DNA of 64,000 bases from Candidatus Omnitrophota bacterium (GTDB lineage Bacteria; Omnitrophota; Gorgyraeia; B26-G9): positions 29,786 to 93,785 of the forward strand of contig JAZDHZ010000007.1 of the NCBI GenBank assembly GCA_043805415.1. The letters run 5' to 3'. The position numbers and the translations under genes were made by a program. Below, in pieces: positions 1-8,951 of the stretch. Below the pieces are notes generated by a model, which was not told the origin of the DNA, made no database searches, and was given only the letters and a program-made list of their open reading frames with translations. The stretch's first letter is position 1, and the number at the start of each line of letters is the position of its first letter.

Positions 1-369
1 AGTTACTGTAGTCTTGCCATTACTCCCGGTAATCGCGATGATCGGCGCCTGACAAAACCACGAGGCAAATTCAATTTCACTGTAGATTTTTATTTTATTT
101 TCCTTTGCCCAGACAAGCGCCGGGGAATTATTTTTAACTCCCGGGCTGGTAATAAAAAAATCCGCGGCTTTAAAAAACTCCGGACTATGACTGCCCAGTT
201 CAACAAAAACCCCTTTTTTATTCAGGATTTTTGCTTTTTGCCGCAGCGATTTATTGTCAGAATTTTCACTTACATATACCTGAGCCTGATGCTTAAGCGC
301 TAAAAAAGCCGCGGCATATCCCGAGCGGCTAAGCCCGATGATCACAATTTTCTTATTTTTAATATCCAT
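1..369 (-). CDS. murD: UDP-N-acetylmuramoylalanine--D-glutamate ligase MurD, N-terminal part only (ORF continues past window start)
   Basis: The reverse-complement translation from ATG (369..367) reads MDIKNKKIVIIGLSRSGYAAAFLAL...CQAPIIAITGSNGKTTVT. It has an N-terminal Rossmann region and the Mur-ligase GxxGxNGKTT P-loop. Its position after mraY matches the canonical dcw order. Confidence 0.85.
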   Translation of the reverse strand, partial: MDIKNKKIVIIGLSRSGYAAAFLALKHQAQVYVSENSDNKSLRQKAKILNKKGVFVELGSHSPEFFKAADFFITSPGVKNNSPALVWAKENKIKIYSEIEFASWFCQAPIIAITGSNGKTTVT

Positions 370-501
370 AACGTTTACCTGTTTTCGCAAATCGTAGGGG
401 CGCTGCTTGCCTGCGCCCGGTCATAAATGATTTTCCCAATCTCTGATAATTGTATATTATTGCGGGCCGGGGCAAGCACGGCCCCTACATTATGACCTTG
501 C

Positions 502-1593
502 TTATCTTAATTTCAAAGTCGACAGACTAAACAGCGCCAGAATAATCGCCACAATCAAAAAGCGGAATATTATTTTTGACTCTGCCCAGCCTTTAAGCTG
601 AAAATGATGATGTAATGGGGCCATCAGAAATACTCTTTTTCCGCGCAACCGAAAAGAAAAAACCTGGATAATCACAGACAAAGCTTCGGCAACAAATATT
701 CCTCCCACCAGCACAAGCAATAATTCCTTTTTTATTAAAATAGCCACAGTACCCAAAGCACCGCCCAAAGCTAATGAACCGGTATCGCCCATAAAAATAT
801 CCGCCGGGTGACAATTATACCAAAGAAATCCCAGGCCCGCGCCGAAAATAGCCGCGCAAAAAACCGCAAGTTCGCCAGCTTGCGGCATAAAAATAATCTG
901 CAAATAATTACTAATTACATAGTGTCCGGTTACATAACTCATGCCGCAATAAGTAAGGGCCACGATTAAAACACAGCCTATGGCCAGACCATCTAAACCA
1001 TCAGTCAGGTTTACGGCGTTAGATGTTCCGATTATTACCAACGCGGAAAAAAATACATAAAAAGCGCCTAAGTGAATAATCAGATTTTTAAAAAACGGCA
1101 CATCTAAGCGATCCCCGATATTCGGATCCGCGTACAATAACAATCCGATAGCAATGCCCAAGACCATTTGACCGGCGAGCTTAACGGCAGCAGTTAAACC
1201 CCGGGATTTTTTCCTGGTCAGTTTTATATAATCATCGATAAATCCCACTATTCCTAACCAGACAGTGGAAAATAACGCGATCCAAATATATTTATTCGAT
1301 AAATCCGCCCATAATAAAACCGATAGAACAATAACAAAAATGATCAGGATTCCGCCCATGGTCGGAGTACCTTCTTTAGCTTTATGATGTTCATATAAAG
1401 ATGCCGTATCCTTTGTTTTACGTACCGATTCACCGATATTAAGCTTCTTCAGCATCTTGATAACTGTTTTACCCAGCATCGCGCTTAAAATAAATGCCGT
1501 GATCGCGCAAGCAACAATCCGAAATGTTATATATTTAAATACATTAAAACCAAAGAATACATCTTTTAAAGAATATAAAAAATGATAAAACAT
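502..1593 (-). CDS. mraY: phospho-N-acetylmuramoyl-pentapeptide transferase MraY
   Basis: A 363-aa polytopic membrane protein carrying typical MraY motifs (NAVNLTDGLDGLA, HHHFQ..GW). It lies between murF and murD. Confidence 0.95.
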   Translation of the reverse strand: MFYHFLYSLKDVFFGFNVFKYITFRIVACAITAFILSAMLGKTVIKMLKKLNIGESVRKTKDTASLYEHHKAKEGTPTMGGILIIFVIVLSVLLWADLSNKYIWIALFSTVWLGIVGFIDDYIKLTRKKSRGLTAAVKLAGQMVLGIAIGLLLYADPNIGDRLDVPFFKNLIIHLGAFYVFFSALVIIGTSNAVNLTDGLDGLAIGCVLIVALTYCGMSYVTGHYVISNYLQIIFMPQAGELAVFCAAIFGAGLGFLWYNCHPADIFMGDTGSLALGGALGTVAILIKKELLLVLVGGIFVAEALSVIIQVFSFRLRGKRVFLMAPLHHHFQLKGWAESKIIFRFLIVAIILALFSLSTLKLR

Positions 1594-1603
1594 AAGCGAT
1601 TAC

Positions 1604-3001
1604 CTATTCTTTTAATTTAGGGTTTAAAAAATCAATTATTTGTTCCAGATGCATGCCTCTTGAACCTTTAAGTAATACCACATCATCTTGTTTTCTTATT
1701 TTTTCTAAAACAGCCGCTGCTTCTTGATTAGTTTTACATTGATAAACATCTTCAGTCAACATCCCGCAATCTTTTGCGGCCATAGCCGCGTACTCCGCCT
1801 TTTGGCCAACAGTAATCAGCTTGGAGATCGAACTTTCCGCGATAAGTTTTCCAATCTGCTGATGCGCCTTATTACTGAATCTCCCTAATTCTAACATATC
1901 GCCAAAAACAAAAACTTTTCTTGTTTTACCTTTAATTGATACCAGCGTATTTATCGCCGCCAGGGTAGAATCAGGATTAGCATTATAACAATCGGCAATA
2001 ATACTCACTCCCTGACATTCTATTGTCTGCATGCGCAGCGATACTGGCTGGAATTTCAGCAATTGTTCTCTGATCAACGCATAGTCGATTTTAAAATGCT
2101 GGGCAATGGCTATTGCCGCTAAGGCATTGTACACATTATGCTCGCCTAAAACATTAATCCTAAACGTATACTTTTCATTAACCGTAAAAGCCATCCCATC
2201 AACATGACTGATTATATTTGATCCTTGATAAGCCGAGAGACTTTTTATTCCAAAATCCAGAAGCTCAACGCCAAACTCCTTAACTCTAGTATAAAGCGGC
2301 TTGCAATCAGCATTAACCACTGCCAGACTATTCGGCCCAAGCAGCTCAAGCAGCTCGCATTTCGCCTCTATTATATCAGAAATACTGTTAAAAAACTCTA
2401 GATGCGCGTTTGCCGCATTTGTAATCACCCCGATATCAGGAGCAGCGATAAAAGCCAGTCCCCTGATTTCTCCTTTATGGTTCATCCCCATTTCAATCAC
2501 TGCCGCCTGATGCGTGGCATCCAGCTCAAGCAAAGTCAGCGGCACTCCAATATGATTATTAAACGACCCTTTGCTTTTTAAGACTTTATATTTAGCTTCC
2601 AGAACGCAGGCAATCATATCCTTGGTAGTGGTTTTACCATTTGAGCCTGTCACGGCAATGATCGGGATAGAAAACTTTTTTCTATGGGTTTTAGCCAAAC
2701 AAGCTAAAGCCGCGATTGTATTTTCTACCGCGATAATCGGTTTATTAATCTTATTTAAATCTTTAGTATTTTCTTCGGCCCAGGCACTGGCAAGCAGCAC
2801 AGCTCGCGCACCCTTTTCCAGTGCCGGCAAAATATAGTCATGCCCATTAAAATTATCGCCGCGAATAGCGATAAACAAATTCCCGGGTTTTAAAGTCCGG
2901 GAATCAATCGACACTTGATTGATTTTCGTATTCAGATCAATCGCATCCTGATTAATTAAAACCCCTTGGGTAGCTTCAAGTATTTCTTTGATCGTAAACA
3001 T
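1604..3001 (-). CDS. murF: UDP-MurNAc-tripeptide--D-Ala-D-Ala ligase MurF
   Basis: The Mur ligase P-loop AVTGSNGKTTTKDM and a MurF-like N-terminal substrate domain are present. I trimmed the start to the ATG at 3001 (MFTIKEILEAT), which is preceded by AGGGAG 7 nt upstream. The longer ORF starting at 3049 would include that RBS. Confidence 0.9.
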   Translation of the reverse strand: MFTIKEILEATQGVLINQDAIDLNTKINQVSIDSRTLKPGNLFIAIRGDNFNGHDYILPALEKGARAVLLASAWAEENTKDLNKINKPIIAVENTIAALACLAKTHRKKFSIPIIAVTGSNGKTTTKDMIACVLEAKYKVLKSKGSFNNHIGVPLTLLELDATHQAAVIEMGMNHKGEIRGLAFIAAPDIGVITNAANAHLEFFNSISDIIEAKCELLELLGPNSLAVVNADCKPLYTRVKEFGVELLDFGIKSLSAYQGSNIISHVDGMAFTVNEKYTFRINVLGEHNVYNALAAIAIAQHFKIDYALIREQLLKFQPVSLRMQTIECQGVSIIADCYNANPDSTLAAINTLVSIKGKTRKVFVFGDMLELGRFSNKAHQQIGKLIAESSISKLITVGQKAEYAAMAAKDCGMLTEDVYQCKTNQEAAAVLEKIRKQDDVVLLKGSRGMHLEQIIDFLNPKLKE

Positions 3002-3014
3002 GTTGTTACTCCCT

Positions 3015-3090
3015 ATTGAGTATCGAGTATTGCGTCGTGCGTATTGCACAAAAAAACTCTAATTAATAAACAACGCTGTACTCAAGATGA
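3015..3090. repeat. IR-flanked ~75-nt conserved intergenic element, copy A (upstream of murF)
   Basis: ttgagtat...gtattgcgtCgtgcgtattgcAcaaaaa...aataaacaacGctgtactcaa matches copy B at 54253-54356. Its termini ttgagta/tactcaa are inverted. Internally GTATTGC is a direct repeat. Confidence 0.5.
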
Positions 3091-3356
3091 CCGGCAAATT
3101 TTATGCTCAGTATAAATTTTCTTGCTAAAAACCAGCAAGACCAGCTAAATATAAACTGTGTTTTTGGCTGCTGCGGAACTCACCCAGCTATGGCTGGGCT
3201 CAGACAGTCCTCGCAGCCCAAAGGGTTCCCAAAAACCCAATTCATATTTGCCTAAATTTATAAACTCGCTTAAAAATTTCCCAATCATCTTTCATAAAGT
3301 TCGTTTTTGCTTTATTTTTCTTTCTTTTTTTTTATCTATAGACCATTAGCTATTGA

Positions 3357-4839
3357 CTATTGACCATTTTCCGTCAAGAACTTCCGCACAATTTTTTTGT
3401 CATCAAACGCTATTGTTTTATCTTTAAATATCTGGTATGTCTCATGGCCTTTTCCGGCAATCAGAACAAAATCTCCCTTAACCGCGCTGCGACAGGCTTT
3501 TTGAATTGCCTGATCTCGTTCCGGCACAATTTCATAAGCTTTAAATCCCAGCCCAAACCCGGTTTTTATTTGCTCAATTATTTTAAGCGGCTCTTCTGTG
3601 CGGGGATTATCATTGGTGATAAACAGAAAATCAGAAAGCTTGCTTGCTATCCGGCCCATTAAAAACCGTTTTTCTTTATCTCTGTCTCCGCCGCAGCCAA
3701 AAACAGTAATTATTCGATTCGGGTTTAATTCGCGCAACGCGTTTAATACATTCTTCAGCGCGTCGTCAGTATGCGCATAGTCGACAAAAACATCAAAACC
3801 TTTATCAGTTTTAAGCCGCTCAAGCCTGCCGTTTACCTGCCCCATGGTTTTCAGCGCGGCAGCGATTTTTTCAATTGAGATGCCTTCTTCCCTAGCCGCG
3901 CCAATAGCGGCGAGAAGATTATAAATATTATATTTCCCAATCAGGCTTGTCTGAATCGGATAACGGCCTTGTTCACAAACCAGCATAAAACTAGTCTGAT
4001 CAATGCCTAAAACAATATCTTCCGCCTTAAGCGTAGCATTTTTATCATCAATCGCATAGCTGATTATTTTTGCTTTTGTAAGCTGTTTTAATTTTTGGGC
4101 GTAGGGATCATCACTATTTATAATCGCGGCTGAGCTGGCCGCTAATCCGGAAAACAAACTCGCTTTAGCAGCAAAATATTGTTCCTTAGATTTATGATAA
4201 TCTAAATGGTCATGCGTAAGATTAGTAAAAACCGCTGTTTTAAAATTTATCCCTTCTACCCGGAATTGGTCAAGCGCGTGCGAAGAAACTTCCATGATAT
4301 TATGAGTTAAATTATGGGCAAGCATATGATGCAGCAAATGCTGTATTTTAATCGCGTCCGGAGTTGTATTTACAGCCGGAACAATATGATCGGATATTTT
4401 ATACTGGATGGTGCCGATTACCCCGGAGTTGATTCCATTTTTTTTTTAAGATGTGCTCAATTAAATAGGATATTGTTGTCTTGCCATTTGTCCCGGTAAT
4501 CCCGATTGAGGTTAATTTATTTGAGGGGTTTCCAAAATACTCAGCAGCAAGTTTACCGACACTTATCCTGGCATTGGCAACTTCAATAAACACAGCCGAG
4601 TTGAATAATCCGCTATTTATCGGTTTATTTCCTGTTTCATAAACAATCAGCCTTGCCCCTTTCTCTATCGCTGCTTTAATAAAATCATGGCCATCGCTGC
4701 TCGTGCCTTTTATCGCGAAAAAACAATAATCCGCGGAAACAGTTCTTGAGTCAAGACTCAATCCTTTTAAATCAAAATCATCAAACTCATACTTTTCCGG
4801 GTTTTTGCCCAGGATGTTTAAAGCCTTATAAGCCTTCAC
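3357..4839 (-). pseudogene. murE: UDP-MurNAc-L-Ala-D-Glu--meso-DAP ligase MurE, interrupted by a frameshift at a T9-10 homopolymer near 4439-4448 (two ORFs, 4399..4839 and 3357..4337)
   Basis: The N-terminal ORF has the MurE leader and the P-loop GITGTNGKTT, then goes out of frame right after ...EHILKKK. The downstream ORF carries the rest of MurE, including the DNPR motif (meso-DAP specificity) and the C-terminal domain. Continuous MurE sequence (NGINSGVIGTIQYKISDHIV...) is readable across the junction in the alternate frame. Confidence 0.8.
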
Positions 4840-4872
4840 AGGATTTCCTTTGTTTAATATATTTAACCGCGG

Positions 4873-6612
4873 TTAGTCTGTTATGCTGGTCGTGTTTTTT
4901 TGATTAGTTGACGGTTTTTGATCAGCAATGTTGTTCTGCATCGGCACATCCATATACTTTAATACTTTTTCGGCAATATTTTTAAATATCGGAGCACAAA
5001 CAGTGCCGCCATAATAAAACGGCTTTGGTTCGTCAAAGACAACGGCAATAACTACCTTGGGGTTCTCTGCCGGAGCAAAACCAATAAAAGAAGCAATAAA
5101 TTTATTGTGAGAATAGCCTTCACCGGCAACTACTTTTTGCGCGGTACCGGTTTTCCCGGCAGTTGAATATCCCTTAACTTTCGCGCTTTTACCAGTCCCA
5201 TTCTCAACAACCCCTTGCAATATATCGCGCATTTTTATCGCTGTCTTTGCGCTGATAATTCTTGCCGCCGGCTCTGGCTGAATATCTTTTATAATTTCAT
5301 TTTTACTGTCGATTATCTTACTAACTAGATGCGGATTAACAAGATATCCGCCATTGGCGATAACTGCCATAGCGCGGGCCATTTGAATTACGGTTACCCC
5401 GATTTCATGTCCAATCGGAAGGGCAGCAATCGAGAGTTTTGACCATTGTTCCAGCGGTCTAAAGAACCCCTCAACTTCACCCGGAAGATCAATATCCGTC
5501 TTTTGACCAAAACCAAATTTTTTAATATATTTATATAATAAAGCCGGTCCCAGCTTTTGGGCAATTTTTACAGTTCCGATATTGCTTGATTTTTCGATAA
5601 CCTCGACAAAACTAAGATTGCCATGCGGGGTATGATCATGTAAAATATGCCGGGATACGGTATATTCGCCGTTTTCACAAAAAAATACATCATCTAAAGC
5701 AACAACATTTTCTTCTAAAACCGCGCTGGCGGTAATAATTTTAAAAGTAGATCCCGGCTCAAAATAATCACTAACTGCCCTATTTCGTTTCGCGTCATCC
5801 ATTGCTTGGCCGAAACAATTTAAATCATAGCCTGGACGGTTTACCAGCGCGTAAATTTCTCCATTTTCCGGATTCATTATAATCACCGAAGCGCCGACGG
5901 CTTTACTTTTTTCAAATCCCGCGTCTAATTCTTGTTCGGCAATATGCTGAATAACCGCGTCAAGGGTTAATACAATATTATGCCCATTAATTTCCGGAAT
6001 ATATTCATATTCAAAAGCCGGCATAATCCGCTGCTTCGCGTCGCGGACTAATGATCTTTTGCCGGCCTGGCCTCTTAAATATTTATCATAGATTAATTCC
6101 ACTCCGGAAAGACCATTTTCATCAATACCGGCAAAACCAACAACATGTGCCGCAAGGCCGGCATTCGGATAATATCTTTTATTTTCAGTTAATAAAGACA
6201 CTCCTTTGATTTTTTCCTGTTTTACCCGTAAGGCGAGATCATCTTCAATCCTTCTTTTTACCCAGATAAAAGACTTATCGCGTTTTAGTTTTTCCAATAA
6301 AACATTGTAATCAAGTTCTAATATTGATGAAAGCTTTAAAGCGACTTCTTCTTTATTTTCGATTTCCCGCGGAACAGCATATACTGAAAAAACTTTTAAG
6401 CTTAAAGCAAATGTTTTTAAATTTCGATCAAAAATAAAGCCCCTTTGCGGGAAAAGTTTCAAAGTAAGATTATGCTGCGAATCAGCAAGTTTGATATAAT
6501 CACTGTAGTTTATGACTTGAATATAAAGCAAACGGAAAAAAATAACCAGTAGGATAAAAAGGTAAGAGAAAAACACTATTGCAAGCCGAAGCTTTTGCGG
6601 CCTTTTGTACAC
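4873..6612 (-). CDS. ftsI: peptidoglycan D,D-transpeptidase FtsI / class B PBP
   Basis: There is an N-terminal TM anchor and a PBP dimerisation region. The transpeptidase motifs STFK (GSTFKIITAS), SSN (KSSNIGT) and KTGT (GKTGTAQK) are all present. The dcw position between ftsL and murE fits. Confidence 0.9.
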   Translation of the reverse strand: MYKRPQKLRLAIVFFSYLFILLVIFFRLLYIQVINYSDYIKLADSQHNLTLKLFPQRGFIFDRNLKTFALSLKVFSVYAVPREIENKEEVALKLSSILELDYNVLLEKLKRDKSFIWVKRRIEDDLALRVKQEKIKGVSLLTENKRYYPNAGLAAHVVGFAGIDENGLSGVELIYDKYLRGQAGKRSLVRDAKQRIMPAFEYEYIPEINGHNIVLTLDAVIQHIAEQELDAGFEKSKAVGASVIIMNPENGEIYALVNRPGYDLNCFGQAMDDAKRNRAVSDYFEPGSTFKIITASAVLEENVVALDDVFFCENGEYTVSRHILHDHTPHGNLSFVEVIEKSSNIGTVKIAQKLGPALLYKYIKKFGFGQKTDIDLPGEVEGFFRPLEQWSKLSIAALPIGHEIGVTVIQMARAMAVIANGGYLVNPHLVSKIIDSKNEIIKDIQPEPAARIISAKTAIKMRDILQGVVENGTGKSAKVKGYSTAGKTGTAQKVVAGEGYSHNKFIASFIGFAPAENPKVVIAVVFDEPKPFYYGGTVCAPIFKNIAEKVLKYMDVPMQNNIADQKPSTNQKNTTSITD

Positions 6613-6676
6613 GTTAGCAGATAGATCCTTATTTGATGAATGTTAAATTAAATTTAAAATTATTGAGCGGGAAAAA

Positions 6677-7051
6677 TTATCTTCTTAGATCTGAAGCGGC
6701 TTGCGCTTTAGGAACAAGTGCATCCAAAAGATTTGTTTTCCAATTCAATCTCGTTGTTTTTGCCAGTTGCGGCTGATTCTTCCGAATCACCCTGACTTGT
6801 GCCACTGCCGCAGGTTCAGGAAAACTTAAATCCATATTGTTCTGTTTCAGCATGCTAGCCAAATACTGGGGTGACTTCAAACTCATATTATTATATAATA
6901 AACTCTGGTTCTGGTCAATCATCTGACTCAAGCATTTTTCTTTATCTCTTAAACTATAACTCAGTTTTACAATTTCTACCTGCTGCCTAACATAAGCTAA
7001 GCAAATAGAGGTACTTATCACTGCGCAGATTAAGACACTTTTCAATCTCAT
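6677..7051 (-). CDS. ftsL: cell division protein FtsL-like (small bitopic membrane protein)
   Basis: A 124-aa protein with a single N-terminal TM segment followed by a coiled-coil-like region. The slot between rsmH and ftsI is the conserved FtsL position. Confidence 0.6.
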   Translation of the reverse strand: MRLKSVLICAVISTSICLAYVRQQVEIVKLSYSLRDKEKCLSQMIDQNQSLLYNNMSLKSPQYLASMLKQNNMDLSFPEPAAVAQVRVIRKNQPQLAKTTRLNWKTNLLDALVPKAQAASDLRR

Positions 7052-7076
7052 ATATTTCCCTTTTAGTAATAAAGAA

Positions 7077-7964
7077 CTATATTTTTTCAGCTACACGCAA
7101 CTTCGCGCTACGGCTTTTCCGATTTTCCGCTAACTCTGGTTCGCCAGGCACAAGCGGTCTCTTGGTGATTATTTTTAAAACTCCTTTTTTGGCCTGAGCT
7201 CTAAATTCATGCTTAACTATTCTGTCTTCTAAAGAATGGAACGATATTACGCAGATTCTTCCGCCCGGACTAAGCAAATCAATCGCGTCAATAAGCCCGG
7301 ACTGTAATACTTCCAGCTCCCGGTTAACCGCGATTCTTAAAGCCATAAATGTTTTAGTCGCGGGATGGATTTTTTTATATCTTTCTTTAACCGGAAGCGC
7401 CGCGATAACAATATCGGCTAATTCCTGAGTCGAGGTAATTACTTTATTATTCCGCTGGCTGACAATTCTCCGGGCGATTCTCCGGCTGAATCTTTCTTCG
7501 CCGAACTGAAAGATTAAATTGGCGATTTCTTCTTCCGAGAGATTATTAATCAGATCAAAAGCCGTTATTTGGGCTTTTTTATCCATGCGCATATTCAGCG
7601 GCCCGTCAAACTGAAAGCTGAAACCGCGCTCCGGATCAGTAAACTGCAAGTTGGAAACTCCCAGGTCAAAAAGGACGCCATCCATGGCGTTTAAACCCAG
7701 GCTTTGAATCACATCCCTGATACCTTGAAAGTTTCGGTTAACCAGCGTAAACGATCCGTCAAAACAAGAAAGACGCCGGCGGCTAAGACTTAGGGCATCA
7801 TCATCCTGATCAATGCCGATAAGCTGACCGCCCGGCGTTATCTTTCTCAATATGCCTTCACTGTGCCCTGCTTCCCCCACTGTACAATCAACGATCACCT
7901 TCCCTGGCAAAAGCTGCAAGTACGATAAAACTTCATTAAGCATCACAGGTACGTGTTGGCTCAT
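7077..7964 (-). CDS. rsmH: 16S rRNA (cytosine1402-N4)-methyltransferase RsmH (MraW)
   Basis: The product starts MSQHVPVMLNEVL... and contains GxAGHS and a SAM-MTase fold, which match RsmH. I trimmed the start from the longer ORF (8045) to the ATG at 7964, in line with RsmH N-termini. Confidence 0.9.
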   Translation of the reverse strand: MSQHVPVMLNEVLSYLQLLPGKVIVDCTVGEAGHSEGILRKITPGGQLIGIDQDDDALSLSRRRLSCFDGSFTLVNRNFQGIRDVIQSLGLNAMDGVLFDLGVSNLQFTDPERGFSFQFDGPLNMRMDKKAQITAFDLINNLSEEEIANLIFQFGEERFSRRIARRIVSQRNNKVITSTQELADIVIAALPVKERYKKIHPATKTFMALRIAVNRELEVLQSGLIDAIDLLSPGGRICVISFHSLEDRIVKHEFRAQAKKGVLKIITKRPLVPGEPELAENRKSRSAKLRVAEKI

Positions 7965-7986
7965 TTCAGTTTCTTCTGGTTTATCA

Positions 7987-8436
7987 TCACTCCAGACCCA
8001 TGAGTTTTTCCGCAGTATCCTCAAAGGTCTCTCGAGTATTTTCATAAAATTCCTTCCAGCTATGTTTGCTCCAGATTTCTATTCTGTTAGCAACACCGAT
8101 AATTAAAACATCCTTGTCAATCTGGGCAAACTCTTTGAGATATTGCGGAATCAGAACCCTTCCTTGGGCATCGCAGATAATTTCGCTGGCACCGGAAAAG
8201 AATAAGCGATTAAACCGTCTGGCTTCAGCTTTGGTAAACGACAAAGCCTTAAATTTCTGTTCCTGGCGCCGCCATTCATCTTCCGTGAACACAAATAAAC
8301 ATCCGTCAAGCCCACGGGTAATAAAAAACTTTTCCCCGAAATTATTCTTAACTGCCTCGCGAAACTTGGCAGGAATAATAACCCGGTTTTTTTTATCTAA
8401 TGAATGTTCAAACTCTCCGTAGAACATATACCCCAC
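7987..8436 (-). CDS. mraZ: transcriptional regulator MraZ
   Basis: The duplicated MraZ/SpoVT-AbrB motifs DxKxRVxIPAKFR and RxxIPxxLxEFA are present and the protein (MFYGEFEHSLDKKNRVIIPAKFRE...) is about 145 aa. It is the first gene of the dcw cluster. The start is ambiguous: GTG at 8436 or ATG at 8427. Confidence 0.9.
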   Translation of the reverse strand: MGYMFYGEFEHSLDKKNRVIIPAKFREAVKNNFGEKFFITRGLDGCLFVFTEDEWRRQEQKFKALSFTKAEARRFNRLFFSGASEIICDAQGRVLIPQYLKEFAQIDKDVLIIGVANRIEIWSKHSWKEFYENTRETFEDTAEKLMGLE

Positions 8437-8638
8437 TTTCTACCACTTTTCTCCACATAAACAAATATACTTTATTTTCCAGTGCATGTCAACTAAAAAA
8501 CAGAATTATTTTAAAAAATATTTAATTATACTGTTTGCGATATTGGAAGTGAAGATTTACCTCAAGATATTGCGCTTGGCCTTAAAACTAAAAAAATCAT
8601 CCGGCATGGCTTGACATCATGCGCTTTGGGGATACCAC

Positions 8639-8667
8639 TTGACTTTCAGATATTAACTTGATAAAAT
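8639..8667 (+). promoter_or_regulatory. sigma70-like promoter: -35 TTGACT (8639-8644), 17-bp spacer, -10 TAAAAT (8662-8667)
   Basis: This is a near-consensus hexamer pair with optimal spacing. It points at the downstream SD (AGAGGAG, 8693-8701) and small ORF, then at the rSAM gene. A second TTGACA lies 25 bp upstream. Confidence 0.45.
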
Positions 8668-8706
8668 AATAAACAGACAAAATGTTGTTAAAGAGAGGAG
8701 ACTCCA

Positions 8707-8790
8707 TTGAAGCTGAAAAAAATTAATAAAACCACGGAAAAGAAAAATTTACTATCTCGTTTCTGCCGTTCCGGTAGAGTCTTGTGGTAG
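8707..8790 (+). CDS. 27-codon small ORF (TTG start) (M)KLKKINKTTEKKNLLSRFCRSGRVLW, a candidate RiPP precursor peptide
   Basis: A strong SD (AAGAGAGGAG) sits 5 nt upstream. It is the only open frame here. It lies between a consensus promoter and the RRE-rSAM-SPASM gene about 160 bp downstream. The product has a Lys-rich N-terminal half and a Cys/Trp-containing C-terminal half. Confidence 0.3.
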   Translation: MKLKKINKTTEKKNLLSRFCRSGRVLW

Positions 8791-8951
8791 AAATCAATTT
8801 ACGCCCAGAATAAACACCTGTTAATTTTTACCAGATTCGCTTTCCGATCAATCTCCCGCATATTTTAATGAGATTGAAGCAAGCAGACTGGAATGTGTTT
8901 TACATTTAACAATACTCTACAAGATATTTTTATCATTAAGCGCAGAAACCA

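Noticed and set aside
593-814. 73-aa ORF inside mraY (same strand, other frame)
   Set aside because: It is fully embedded in a confidently identified essential gene, has no RBS, and its Gly/Cys/Arg composition is typical of an out-of-frame artefact.
2301-2837. Two plus-strand ORFs (69 and 88 aa) antisense to murF
   Set aside because: They are antisense to a conserved gene and low-complexity (Ala/Ser-rich mirror of the murF frame), with no start context.
3158-3349. 63-aa plus-strand ORF in the murE-murF spacer
   Set aside because: It has no SD, is low-complexity (FLSFFLSIDH), and runs into a T-rich tract. It is more likely non-coding spacer.
8486-8617. 43-codon ATG ORF (MSTKKQNYFKKYLIILFAILEVKIYLKILRLALKLKKSSGMA) in the mraZ or rSAM divergent promoter region
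   Set aside because: No ribosome-binding site, and it overlaps the predicted -35/-10 promoter elements. It was kept out of the feature list. A bitopic micro-protein cannot be excluded.
8868-8909. 13-codon ORF MRLKQADWNVFYI just upstream of the rSAM maturase
   Set aside because: No SD and too short to evaluate. It is mentioned only as an alternative precursor candidate.
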